NCBI GenBank assembly: GCA_016839545.1
Contig: JAEOUB010000001.1
Location: 1 to 13,099, forward strand
From: Candidatus Kariarchaeota archaeon
GTDB taxonomy: Archaea > Asgardarchaeota > Heimdallarchaeia > Heimdallarchaeales > Kariarchaeaceae
Length of the DNA stretch: 13,099 nt
Direction: 5' to 3'
Shown here piece by piece: positions 1 through 6,998 of the stretch. Every line of letters begins with the position of its first letter. Within the stretch, counting starts at the first letter, position 1. The notes beneath the pieces were generated by a model. It was given only the letters and a program-made list of their open reading frames with translations. It made no database searches and was not told the origin of the DNA. The position numbers and the translations under genes were made by a program.

Positions 1-80
1 AACTCACGAGATATCTGGTCAAGGAAGAAGAGATTGTAGCATTTGCCGACCCTATTGTGAAATCAGAGCTTGCTCAATAA
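1..80 (+). CDS. 3' end of an unidentified protein-coding gene (C-terminus ...LTRYLVKEEEIVAFADPIVKSELAQ*)
   Basis: An open frame (phase 3) runs from the window edge to TAA at 78-80. It sits convergent with, and upstream of, the AT-rich promoter region. The product is not recognisable from 25 residues. Confidence 0.3.
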   Translation, partial: LTRYLVKEEEIVAFADPIVKSELAQ

Positions 81-84
81 CTTG

Positions 85-279
85 CTACCAAACATGCCTT
101 CCTGCCAAATTTCCAGCCTCTCTCCTTGAATTTTTACTCAGCTCTGCTTGACTCTGACCGTCCATACTTGCAGACTTGGATTTTCTGAGAGGCCCAAAAA
201 CTGTACGCAGATACAGATATGTGCCCCCAAGCAGAAAAATGACTGAGCCATACCCAATTAGCTCTGCAACAAGACTCAT
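85..279 (-). CDS. possible small membrane protein (one N-terminal TM helix, low-complexity K/S-rich tail)
   Basis: ATG at 279-277. The N-terminus MSLVAELIGYGSVIFLLGGTYLYL is hydrophobic. There is no clear RBS. It is divergent from the flotillin promoter region. An overlapping alternative ORF (134..340) exists. Coding status is uncertain. Confidence 0.2.
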   Translation of the reverse strand: MSLVAELIGYGSVIFLLGGTYLYLRTVFGPLRKSKSASMDGQSQAELSKNSRREAGNLAGRHVW

Positions 280-411
280 TATGGGATAATCTGCGATCCC
301 TTCTCAAAAACGTTGAGTGCGGTGGATATACAGAAATCACGTTTTCTAGGTGGTGTTCTTTGAAATTTGAATATTATACATTCTCTACAAATCTATATGA
401 AATATATATTC

Positions 412-420
412 TATATAAAA
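412..420 (+). promoter_or_regulatory. TATA-box-like element (TATATAAAA) upstream of the flotillin gene, bracketed by the 7-bp inverted repeat CTATATG (393-399) / CATATAG (421-427)
   Basis: An AT-rich 130-nt intergenic region with a canonical archaeal TATA-like octamer about 57 nt upstream of ATG 477. The inverted repeat was read directly from the sequence. Confidence 0.4.
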
Positions 421-462
421 CATATAGAGCTAGCTATTCAGTTACGGTGATGATAAAAATAC

Positions 463-470
463 AGGAGTGA
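463..470 (+). promoter_or_regulatory. ribosome-binding site AGGAGTGA, 6-nt spacer to ATG 477
   Basis: GGAGG/GGTGA-type Shine-Dalgarno, seen directly in the sequence. Confidence 0.55.
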
Positions 471-476
471 AACAAT

Positions 477-1898
477 ATGGCAACACTACCACCAGGAATC
501 TTATGGGGTGGAGGCATACTAGCCTTCCTCATATTCACCGTGGCCGTAATAAAGTCACGCTACAGGAAGTTCACAAACCGCGAGTTTGTGCTCTTCTTCA
601 GAAATGGTAAGCTCAAAGCACAGGGCTACGGTGGCGGTTACTTTTTACTGCCACTTATAGACGAGATTATTATTCTCAGTACTACCGTCCAGCGGCTCGA
701 AGTCGACGTCGCTGAGAAGATTATCACGCAGGAGAACCAAGACCTCCGCGTGTCGGGCTTTATCATCTACCGCATCGAGGATCCCGTTAAGGCCTACCAG
801 GCAATTAGCGGTACCCAAGACAGATCGGTACTGCATGAGCTCAACAAGACGCTCGAGGATCTGGTAGAGAGTATCATCCGAACCACTGTGGCGTCACTGT
901 CACTTGACCAGGTACTCCGAGAGAGAAGCCTGATCATTGAGGCTATCATGTCAGAGATGGTACCTGTGGTCTCACCCATGGGTATTCAGATCAGTACGGC
1001 CGAGATCCGACACGTTGAGGTACTCGACCAGGGTCTCTTTGAGGACCTCCAGGAAGACTATCGTCAAGAGGCGAGATTGAGGGCCGAACAAACCAAGATC
1101 GAGACACAAAGGGAAGTAGCAAAATCTCGAGCTGAGGCAGACCAGGATATTCGATCCCGTGAACTCCAGAGAGACGATGCTGTTCTGATGGAGCAGCAGA
1201 AAGTCCAGGAGACTGAGGAGAAGAGGCGCAGCGCAATCGAGACCTTGCAGAAAGAGCGAGAGGCAAAGGTTGCTGACCTGGACAAGAAGAAGCTGGAGAT
1301 CGAGGCACAGACCCGGTTGATGGAGATCGAATTCGAGGCTGAGTCCAACAAGCGACGACAGCTCCTTGAGACGATCGACATCCAGGCTGAGCAGAAGAAG
1401 CGAATGGCTGAAGCAGATGCTGAGGCAATCCGTGTCGCAGCCATTGCCCGTAAGGAGGCAGTCGAGCTTGATGCTGAGGCAGAGGCCACCAAGCTGAGGA
1501 CGGTTGCTGAGGCTATGAAGGAGTCCCTCCTGGCAGAGGCAGAGGGTCGCAAGGCTCTCCTGCTTGCTGAGGCTGAGGGTCTTCGTGAGAAGGTAAAAGC
1601 CCAGGGTTACGTCAACGAGTCAATGATTATGCAGGAACTTGTGCGTCAATTACCTCACATCGCCTCATCCATGAAAGTCGGGGACATCAACTGGCTCAAC
1701 ATGGGTGGCGGAGAGAGTGGTGACACACCTCTTGGGATCATCCCCAAGAACCTGACCCAGATCATGGCTCTCTCCAAGAGCTTTGGACTGGACATCGAGG
1801 ATCTTGTGCGGACCATCCGTGGTCAGTCCAAGAAGAATGGCAACAATGGCATCGAGGTCATTGAGGCTGTCCAGGACGAAGAGTCGGGGGAATCCTAG
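477..1898 (+). CDS. flotillin-like SPFH/Band-7 domain protein with N-terminal membrane anchor and long EA-rich coiled coil
   Basis: 473 aa. It starts with an N-terminal hydrophobic helix (ILWGGGILAFLIFTVAVI). An SPFH-like region follows (FVLFFRNGKL...GGGYFLLPLIDEIIILSTTVQRLEVDVAEKIITQENQDLRVSGFIIYRIEDP). Then comes about 200 aa of charged heptad-like sequence with AEAEA/EA repeats (AEADAEAIRVAAIARKEAVELDAEAEATKLRTVAEAMKESLLAEAEGRKALLLAEAEGLREK), typical of the flotillin domain. The start is ATG with a good RBS. Confidence 0.88.
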   Translation: MATLPPGILWGGGILAFLIFTVAVIKSRYRKFTNREFVLFFRNGKLKAQGYGGGYFLLPLIDEIIILSTTVQRLEVDVAEKIITQENQDLRVSGFIIYRIEDPVKAYQAISGTQDRSVLHELNKTLEDLVESIIRTTVASLSLDQVLRERSLIIEAIMSEMVPVVSPMGIQISTAEIRHVEVLDQGLFEDLQEDYRQEARLRAEQTKIETQREVAKSRAEADQDIRSRELQRDDAVLMEQQKVQETEEKRRSAIETLQKEREAKVADLDKKKLEIEAQTRLMEIEFEAESNKRRQLLETIDIQAEQKKRMAEADAEAIRVAAIARKEAVELDAEAEATKLRTVAEAMKESLLAEAEGRKALLLAEAEGLREKVKAQGYVNESMIMQELVRQLPHIASSMKVGDINWLNMGGGESGDTPLGIIPKNLTQIMALSKSFGLDIEDLVRTIRGQSKKNGNNGIEVIEAVQDEESGES

Positions 1899-1927
1899 GC
1901 CCAGTAGTCTACAGTCATGACCAGCTC

Positions 1928-2218
1928 ATGGCTGCAGTGGCAGTCTATGACAGCCACGGAGACCTGCTGGGGTTCGATGTGGATGGAGACGGCGATGCCG
2001 ACTTCACCATGCCCCAAGGCCTGTCTCTGATCGTGGACGACGATGGCTACATCGAGGGATTTGATCTCTCCGGTGATGGCACTGTCGACTACGCCATTGA
2101 CACCTTCAGCTCTCTGGCTGCTATCGACCTGAAGGGAGATGTGATCATCGATGGTCTCTCTCTGGATGGTCAGGCAGACATTGATATCAACCTGCGAGAT
2201 GTGGCACAGCTCTTCTGA
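1928..2218 (+). CDS. small acidic Asp/Gly-rich protein with repeated DxDGDG / DxSGDG (EF-hand/dockerin-like Ca-binding loop) motifs
   Basis: 96 aa, lying 30 nt downstream of flotillin on the same strand. Motifs are DVDGDGDADF, DLSGDGTVDYAID and DGLSLDGQADID. A hairpin plus T7 terminator lies about 90 nt downstream. There is no obvious RBS. An antisense ORF (1895..2284) overlaps it, so coding status is moderately uncertain. Confidence 0.45.
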   Translation: MAAVAVYDSHGDLLGFDVDGDGDADFTMPQGLSLIVDDDGYIEGFDLSGDGTVDYAIDTFSSLAAIDLKGDVIIDGLSLDGQADIDINLRDVAQLF

Positions 2219-2310
2219 GCACGGCTCACTTGGGGAATACTCTCCTGAGCACGGCTCTCCTGAGTACTGACACTGATCAACCATACACCATACTCGTAGA
2301 ACCTAGTTGG

Positions 2311-2333
2311 CGGGGGGAGACCCCCGTTTTTTT
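2311..2333 (+). terminator. intrinsic-type terminator: 6-bp GC stem (CGGGGG/CCCCCG), 4-nt loop GAGA, followed by TTTTTTT
   Basis: cggggggagacccccgttttttt was read directly. It lies at the end of the flotillin/acidic-protein transcription unit and immediately before the next promoter. Confidence 0.55.
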
Positions 2334-2365
2334 ATGCGCACCTCTGTTGAATTCGTCTCACATTG

Positions 2366-2373
2366 TTTATATG
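2366..2373 (+). promoter_or_regulatory. TATA-like box TTTATATG about 40 nt upstream of ATG 2414
   Basis: AT-rich octamer at the expected distance for an archaeal promoter that gives a short 5' leader. Confidence 0.35.
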
Positions 2374-2413
2374 CAAATTTCTGTCTATAGGGGTAGTGTC
2401 CAGCCACACGTTC

Positions 2414-3514
2414 ATGCTCTATCTGCAGGTGGTCATTACCACTACCCTGGTAGTTATTCTTGCATACGAGTACAGATCACGCAGGATAGAACCGTTGAAA
2501 TGGATACTGGCAGTGGTCATCACTGCCTTTGCAAGGTCCCTGTTTGATATCGGTGTTGAATTCACTGGCTATGCTGACAAACCCGTGGCTCAGCTGGAAT
2601 TTGCCATCACCGGGCTGGGATTTCTCCTGCTCTACATCTACCTGGAGCTGACACTCTACAACCGCCCCTACTTCAGTCGTTTTACCATCATGCTGACGTT
2701 GTTTGGCAGTTTTCTCGGTCTGCTGCTCTATACGGTGCTGGCAGATACTCTACCCTATCCTGCTCGATGGCCACTACCTGTCGGTCCACAGTCTCCCCGC
2801 TTTTTCGAGTTTCCCTTTGACCTGTTCTCCATTGCAGTCTGGTCACTGGCAGTCTACACCTTCTACCGGATGTACTCGCACGCCATCACAAAAGGGGTGA
2901 GGCAGATCACCCTGACTCTGACCATTGCTGCAGCAATCTTTCTTGTAGTCCAGCTGATTGAGTTCACTGAGTTCTTCTTCATCTATGACAATCCACCAGA
3001 GGCAACAATTGTGGCACTTCCCGGATTTCTCCTCATCGTCTTTGTCTATATCAAGCAGCCAAGTTTCAGCTACTCAAGCCCGGTACGTCTCTACCGTCTG
3101 ATGATATTTCACAAGAATGGTCCCTCTATTCTCAGCCTGACTATAGATCAGAAGTACCGGGAGAGCCAGCATGACCCCACCCTGGTCGGAGGACTGGCCA
3201 GCTCGTTGAATACAGCATACATGGAGATCACCCAGCAGCAGTCAGGCAGTATCCGCAAGCTGACTATGGATCGAGTCACCTTTGTCTTCACCCGGGCAGA
3301 CGATATCTTCACCATCTTGGAGATAGAGAGGTCCACCCATGTGATACGCTCTGCTCTTCGCAGTTTTACCAAAGCATTCTCAGAGCACTTTGCCAGGGAG
3401 ATTGATCGTGCTGGCAAGGGTGTTTTCGAATTTGAGGGCTACGAGGAATTATTCTACCGCTACTTCCCATTTGTTGTAGATATCGAGCAGGACCCTGCCG
3501 AAAATGCTCCTTGA
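2414..3514 (+). CDS. polytopic membrane protein (about 6 to 7 TM helices) with C-terminal cytoplasmic alpha/beta domain (about 140 aa, longin/roadblock-like beta-beta-alpha-beta-beta-beta-alpha pattern)
   Basis: The ORF-track start at 2363 is TTG. The first ATG is at 2414 (MLYLQVVITTTLVVILAY...), which fits the TATA box at 2366. Hydrophobic segments run through about residue 230. The C-terminal soluble region is RLYRLMIFHKNGPSILSLTIDQ...LVGGLASSLNTAYMEI...IRKLTMDRVTFVFTRADDIFTILEIE...HVIRSALRSFTKAFSEHF. No family was recognised with certainty. Confidence 0.7.
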   Translation: MLYLQVVITTTLVVILAYEYRSRRIEPLKWILAVVITAFARSLFDIGVEFTGYADKPVAQLEFAITGLGFLLLYIYLELTLYNRPYFSRFTIMLTLFGSFLGLLLYTVLADTLPYPARWPLPVGPQSPRFFEFPFDLFSIAVWSLAVYTFYRMYSHAITKGVRQITLTLTIAAAIFLVVQLIEFTEFFFIYDNPPEATIVALPGFLLIVFVYIKQPSFSYSSPVRLYRLMIFHKNGPSILSLTIDQKYRESQHDPTLVGGLASSLNTAYMEITQQQSGSIRKLTMDRVTFVFTRADDIFTILEIERSTHVIRSALRSFTKAFSEHFAREIDRAGKGVFEFEGYEELFYRYFPFVVDIEQDPAENAP

Positions 3515-3526
3515 TATCAATGTGAA

Positions 3527-4051
3527 TCAGAATCCCTTGATTTGAACATCTCGTGTGGTACTGTAGGGCAGAGCAATGAGTGCAGATGCCATATCGCCAA
3601 AATGACCACCAAATTGCCACTCCGGATCCAGTATCTGACGCAGGTAGCTCATCTGGTTGCTGTGGGCAAGTATGTGGTGAAGAAGTCGTGAGGCGATATA
3701 CCCCGGTCCTTTCTTTCCATTGATCTCTTCCAGTTGAGAGTCTGTAATTGAGCTGAGGAGATCTCGCATGGTTGCAAATCCCTGCTCAATGATGTCCTCC
3801 ACTGCTGCAAGAGACAGGGGATAACTGACCTCCTTGCAGGTCCAGGGTACTACCTCCCATGGCTTGGGATCTGAGAGGTGAGAGGTCATCCACGCAGTGC
3901 AGTGAATTGCAATCTGACCGATGGTCATCTTGTGCTCAGCAAAGACGTGATTGAGGTGTTCCTCCGAAATCCCCTCAAGAGGTGCCCTCAACCCATTATA
4001 GAAAGTGGGAATGATGGCAAGAAGTGCATCGCAATTGGCTCGTTCACTCAT
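3527..4051 (-). CDS. DinB/YfiT-like (DinB_2 four-helix-bundle, His-triad) family protein
   Basis: 174 aa. The histidines are spaced as in DinB_2 metal-binding proteins (NHVFAEHKMTIGQIAIHCTAW ... HHILAHSNQM). ATG 4051 directly abuts the TAA of the upstream FMN-reductase gene (TAAATG), indicating cotranscription. Confidence 0.5.
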   Translation of the reverse strand: MSERANCDALLAIIPTFYNGLRAPLEGISEEHLNHVFAEHKMTIGQIAIHCTAWMTSHLSDPKPWEVVPWTCKEVSYPLSLAAVEDIIEQGFATMRDLLSSITDSQLEEINGKKGPGYIASRLLHHILAHSNQMSYLRQILDPEWQFGGHFGDMASALIALPYSTTRDVQIKGF

Positions 4052-4657
4052 TTATTCCATCCCCGGGTTCTTTGGTGCAGTCTCCCATTCTTTCATGAAT
4101 TGGTCAATCTGCCTGGAGTTATGGAGTACTGAGAAGCGGGTAACCTGACGTCCCACTGTCCTGATCCTCTCAACCAGTCGCTCATCGGTCAGCTCCTCAC
4201 CTTCAAAATGCGATGAGACATTGGGCAGAGATGCCTGTTCGGGGATGACCCAGGCATGCAGCTGTCTTCCAATTGCTCTCAGTCCATTCAGGGCGTTGAT
4301 TGCTCCGAGGGCACCTCCACCCACACCAACCAGTCCGATCATCTTACCCTCGAATTCTGCAAAGCCCATGAGGTCCAGCATGTTCTTGATCACACCTGAA
4401 AAGCTTCCATGGTACTCTGGAGTGCCAAGAATAACACCCTGGGCACTGGCTATCTTTTCCTTCAATCGGCTCACATCATCAGGCATCTCGTCTCGAGGAA
4501 CCTGAAATGGAAACAGCAGGTGATACTCGGCAAGATCGATGAGCTCAGTCTGTGCTCCCATTTCCCTTGCAGCATCCAGTGCAATCTGAACGACTTTTTT
4601 GGTATAGCTCCCTGATCGTAAACTTCCCACGATTCCGATGATTCTTGGATTGTCCAT
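4052..4657 (-). CDS. NAD(P)H-dependent FMN reductase family flavoprotein (flavodoxin-like fold)
   Basis: The N-terminal RIIGIVGSLRSGSYT motif (LRxGS phosphate-binding loop of the PF03358-type FMN reductases) is present, together with GTPEYHGSFSG and a central GxGGG stretch. The ORF-track start at 4669 is a TTG; the first ATG (MDNPRIIGIVGS...) is at 4657. Confidence 0.85.
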   Translation of the reverse strand: MDNPRIIGIVGSLRSGSYTKKVVQIALDAAREMGAQTELIDLAEYHLLFPFQVPRDEMPDDVSRLKEKIASAQGVILGTPEYHGSFSGVIKNMLDLMGFAEFEGKMIGLVGVGGGALGAINALNGLRAIGRQLHAWVIPEQASLPNVSSHFEGEELTDERLVERIRTVGRQVTRFSVLHNSRQIDQFMKEWETAPKNPGME

Positions 4658-4703
4658 CACTATGCTCAAGCTAGGAGTGTGATTGATAGAGGTTATGGTC
4701 TAT

Positions 4704-6848
4704 TTACTTGATCTTGCTACCGGTGTCAACATCTTTGAACGGGGTGAGGAATGATACAGTCTTACCATCCTCTGCTGCCAGTAGCATCCCCTCGGACTTG
4801 ATCCCCCGCAACTTGGCAGGCTTGAGATTATCAACAATGATTATAGTCTGCCCTTCCAGCTCCTCAGGTTGATAGAACTCGCGGATACCGGCAACAATAG
4901 TCCGGTCATCACGCTCTCCATCATCCACAGTGAGTACCATCAGCTTGTCAGCTTTGGGGTGGGGTTCGGCCTTGAGTACTTTGACAGCCTTGAGCTTGAC
5001 CTTCTCAAAGTCATCGTAATCAATATACTTTGACTTCTTGCCCTCTTTCTCCTTGGAATCTTCATTGTTCTTGGATTTCTTCTCTTTCTTTTCTTTCTTC
5101 GATTTAGATTTCTTCGATTTCTTGGACTTCTCTTCTTTTGATTCAGATGATCCGAAGCGTTCCTTCAGTTTCTCGATATCCTTGTTGGGTATCTTCTCAA
5201 AGAGATTTCCTTTCAATTCAGGTACAGAGGTACCAGCCAGTGAACTGAAATCGAGGAGATCATCCCACTTTATCTCATGTACATCTTCAGGTTGCAATCC
5301 AATCGACTCGAATACTCTCTGCGATGTGTGAGGTGCAAACGGTGCCAGCAAGATGGCGCTGAGACGCAGTCCATGAGCTAGAGTAGCCACAGTCGTGGCA
5401 GTGTCTGCCTTGGTTGCCTCTTCTTTCACAGTTGCCCAGGGCTGCTTGTCCTGGAAGTATCGGTTCAATTCCTGCCAGATTGCTCTCAATGCCTTCAGTG
5501 GCTTTTGAAACTCGACCTTGCTGAACTCGGTATCATACTCTGTCACCAGTTCTGCAATTCTGGTCTGCAATTCCTCCTCTCTGTCACCCGGGACACCTTC
5601 AGGAATGGTATCATCAAAATGACGTGACACAAAGGTTGAGAACCGATTGACAAGATTGCCCAGCAGGTTATTCAGATCATTGTTCACTGCATTCTGAAAA
5701 CCATCCCACTGGAAATCTGTATCCTGTCTTTCAGGAGAGATTAACATCAGGTAATACCTCCAGTAGTCTGCAGGATACAGCTCAAGTGCCTGATCGGTAA
5801 AGATACCTCTATTTTGTGAGCTGGAGAATTTTCCTCCTTCATATGTTAGCCACTGTGATCCCTTGATGAAATTGGTCAGGTTGTAGGGTTTGTCATTATT
5901 GTCATTGAATCCCAGCATTGTACCTGGAAAGGTGATAGCGTGGAAGGGGACATTGTCAATTCCGATGAACTGGTAATAGTCAGTGTTGGTATCATGCCAG
6001 AAGGCATCAAACAGCTCTGGTTTCTTAACTATCTTGTCGGCCCACTTCTTGGTAATCGAGATATATCCGATCGGTGCGTCAAACCAGACGTAGAATACCT
6101 TGTCATCATGACCCTCAATTGGTAGATCGATTCCCCAACTTAGGTTACGAGTGATAGCTCTAGCTTGCAGACCCTCGTTCAACCACTTCTTCGCAATTGA
6201 GATTGAGGTCTGTGGCCATCCAGTCTGTGTATCAATCCATTCCTTGATCTTTGGCTCCAATGCAGGAAGATCAATATAGAAATGAGTGACATCGCGTTTC
6301 TCAAGGTTTTCACTTCCAGAAATTGCTGATCTTGGATTGATGAGATCTTGAGGATCAAGCAGGGTCGTACAGTTCTCACACTGGTCTCCCCTGGCACGGT
6401 CATACTCACAGTGAGGGCAGGTGCCGATGACATATCTGTCAGGAAGGTATCGCTCATCATCAAGGCTGTAGAGCTGAACGTCAGTCTTTTCCAGAATATA
6501 CCCATTCTCTTGGAGCTTTAGGAAAATATCTTGGGTGATATCATGGTTTTCCTGGTCGTGTGTCCTTCCAAAGTAATCAAAGCCAATACCGAATTCATCG
6601 TATATCCTCTTCTGTGTCTCATACATCTCATCACAGAACTCAGCAACATCCTTACCAGCTTCATGTGCTGACAGTTCAGCCGGAGTACCATGATCATCTG
6701 TTCCACAGATATAGATCACGTCTTTGCCCTTGAGCTTGAGATACCGACAATAGACATCTCCTGGTAGGATTGAACCCACCAGATTGCCAAGGTGTTTAAT
6801 TGAGTTAATGTACGGAAGTGCACTTGTGATGATAGTACGGTCGGTCAT
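4704..6848 (-). CDS. metG: methionyl-tRNA synthetase, archaeal/eukaryotic-type, with Zn knuckle, polylysine linker and C-terminal EMAP-II/Trbp111-like tRNA-binding domain
   Basis: A HIGH-region variant is present (ALPYINSIKHLGN), as are the CxxC...CxxC knuckle (CPHCEYDRARGDQCENC) and a KMSKS variant (KFSSSQNRG). The C-terminal OB-fold domain reads LKAVKVLKAEPHPKADKLMVLTVDDGE...GQTIIIVDNLKPAKLRGIKSEGMLLAA. The ORF-track start at 6854 is TTG; ATG 6848 is preceded by AGGTGA (6855-6860) with a 6-nt spacer. Confidence 0.95.
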   Translation of the reverse strand: MTDRTIITSALPYINSIKHLGNLVGSILPGDVYCRYLKLKGKDVIYICGTDDHGTPAELSAHEAGKDVAEFCDEMYETQKRIYDEFGIGFDYFGRTHDQENHDITQDIFLKLQENGYILEKTDVQLYSLDDERYLPDRYVIGTCPHCEYDRARGDQCENCTTLLDPQDLINPRSAISGSENLEKRDVTHFYIDLPALEPKIKEWIDTQTGWPQTSISIAKKWLNEGLQARAITRNLSWGIDLPIEGHDDKVFYVWFDAPIGYISITKKWADKIVKKPELFDAFWHDTNTDYYQFIGIDNVPFHAITFPGTMLGFNDNNDKPYNLTNFIKGSQWLTYEGGKFSSSQNRGIFTDQALELYPADYWRYYLMLISPERQDTDFQWDGFQNAVNNDLNNLLGNLVNRFSTFVSRHFDDTIPEGVPGDREEELQTRIAELVTEYDTEFSKVEFQKPLKALRAIWQELNRYFQDKQPWATVKEEATKADTATTVATLAHGLRLSAILLAPFAPHTSQRVFESIGLQPEDVHEIKWDDLLDFSSLAGTSVPELKGNLFEKIPNKDIEKLKERFGSSESKEEKSKKSKKSKSKKEKKEKKSKNNEDSKEKEGKKSKYIDYDDFEKVKLKAVKVLKAEPHPKADKLMVLTVDDGERDDRTIVAGIREFYQPEELEGQTIIIVDNLKPAKLRGIKSEGMLLAAEDGKTVSFLTPFKDVDTGSKIK
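5035..5160 (-). other. low-complexity polylysine linker within MetRS (ESKEEKSKKSKKSKSKKEKKEKKSKNNEDSKEKEGKKSK), encoded by CTT/TTC-rich repeats
   Basis: Seen directly. It lies between the catalytic/anticodon-binding body and the C-terminal tRNA-binding domain. Confidence 0.8.
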
Positions 6849-6998
6849 TTGCAATCACCTGCTGGGAAGACATAATTTGAATATGGACTAACGTAATTGT
6901 GACATGATAGCTTAAAATTATTAGAAGGCCATTTGGCAGTCACCAGGTAGTCTCATGTTCCTCCTCAACCTCTAATATGGCTACCTATCCTTAAATGT

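Noticed and set aside
645-1552. Four antisense ORFs (645..836, 794..979, 991..1428, 1064..1552, all - strand) inside the flotillin gene
   Set aside because: They lie opposite a high-GC gene whose codons are rich in GAG/AAG/GCT and whose sequence is repetitive. Their translations are low-complexity (Ser/Ala/Arg-rich) with no motifs. The sense-strand flotillin call is far better supported.
2363-2413. ORF-track N-terminal extensions starting at TTG or GTG (2363, 4669, 6854) and the long leader at 7331
   Set aside because: The track translates TTG/GTG as Met. In each case an in-frame ATG a few codons downstream gives an N-terminus matching the family (MDNPRIIGIVGS for FMN reductase, MTDRTIITSALPYIN for MetRS, MTIRIT for MoaD-like) and has a better RBS or TATA position.
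1895-2547. ORF 1895..2284 (-) and ORF 2230..2547 (+) overlapping the acidic ORF, terminator and membrane-protein start
   Set aside because: They span a terminator hairpin and a promoter, have no RBS, and one begins inside the T-tract region. The same-strand arrangement of flotillin, acidic ORF and terminator is more parsimonious.
3515-3526. GATATC palindrome (ttgatatcaa) between the convergent membrane-protein and DinB genes
   Set aside because: It is a 10-bp palindrome in a 12-nt convergent gap. It is too short to be meaningful and there is no T-tract.
3148-4615. Antisense or overlapping ORFs 3148..3417(-), 3366..3620(-), 3878..4132(+), 4221..4505(+), 4409..4615(+)
   Set aside because: Each is fully contained in, and opposite or out-of-frame to, a gene with recognisable family motifs (membrane protein, DinB, FMN reductase).
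5038-5331. + strand 97-aa ORF (FSFFSFFDLDFFDFLDF...) inside MetRS
   Set aside because: It is the antisense of the polylysine linker microsatellite and is not a plausible protein.
5940-6706. ORFs 5940..6125(+), 6179..6505(-), 6518..6706(-) within MetRS
   Set aside because: These are out-of-frame or antisense to a confidently identified MetRS that has all its signature motifs.
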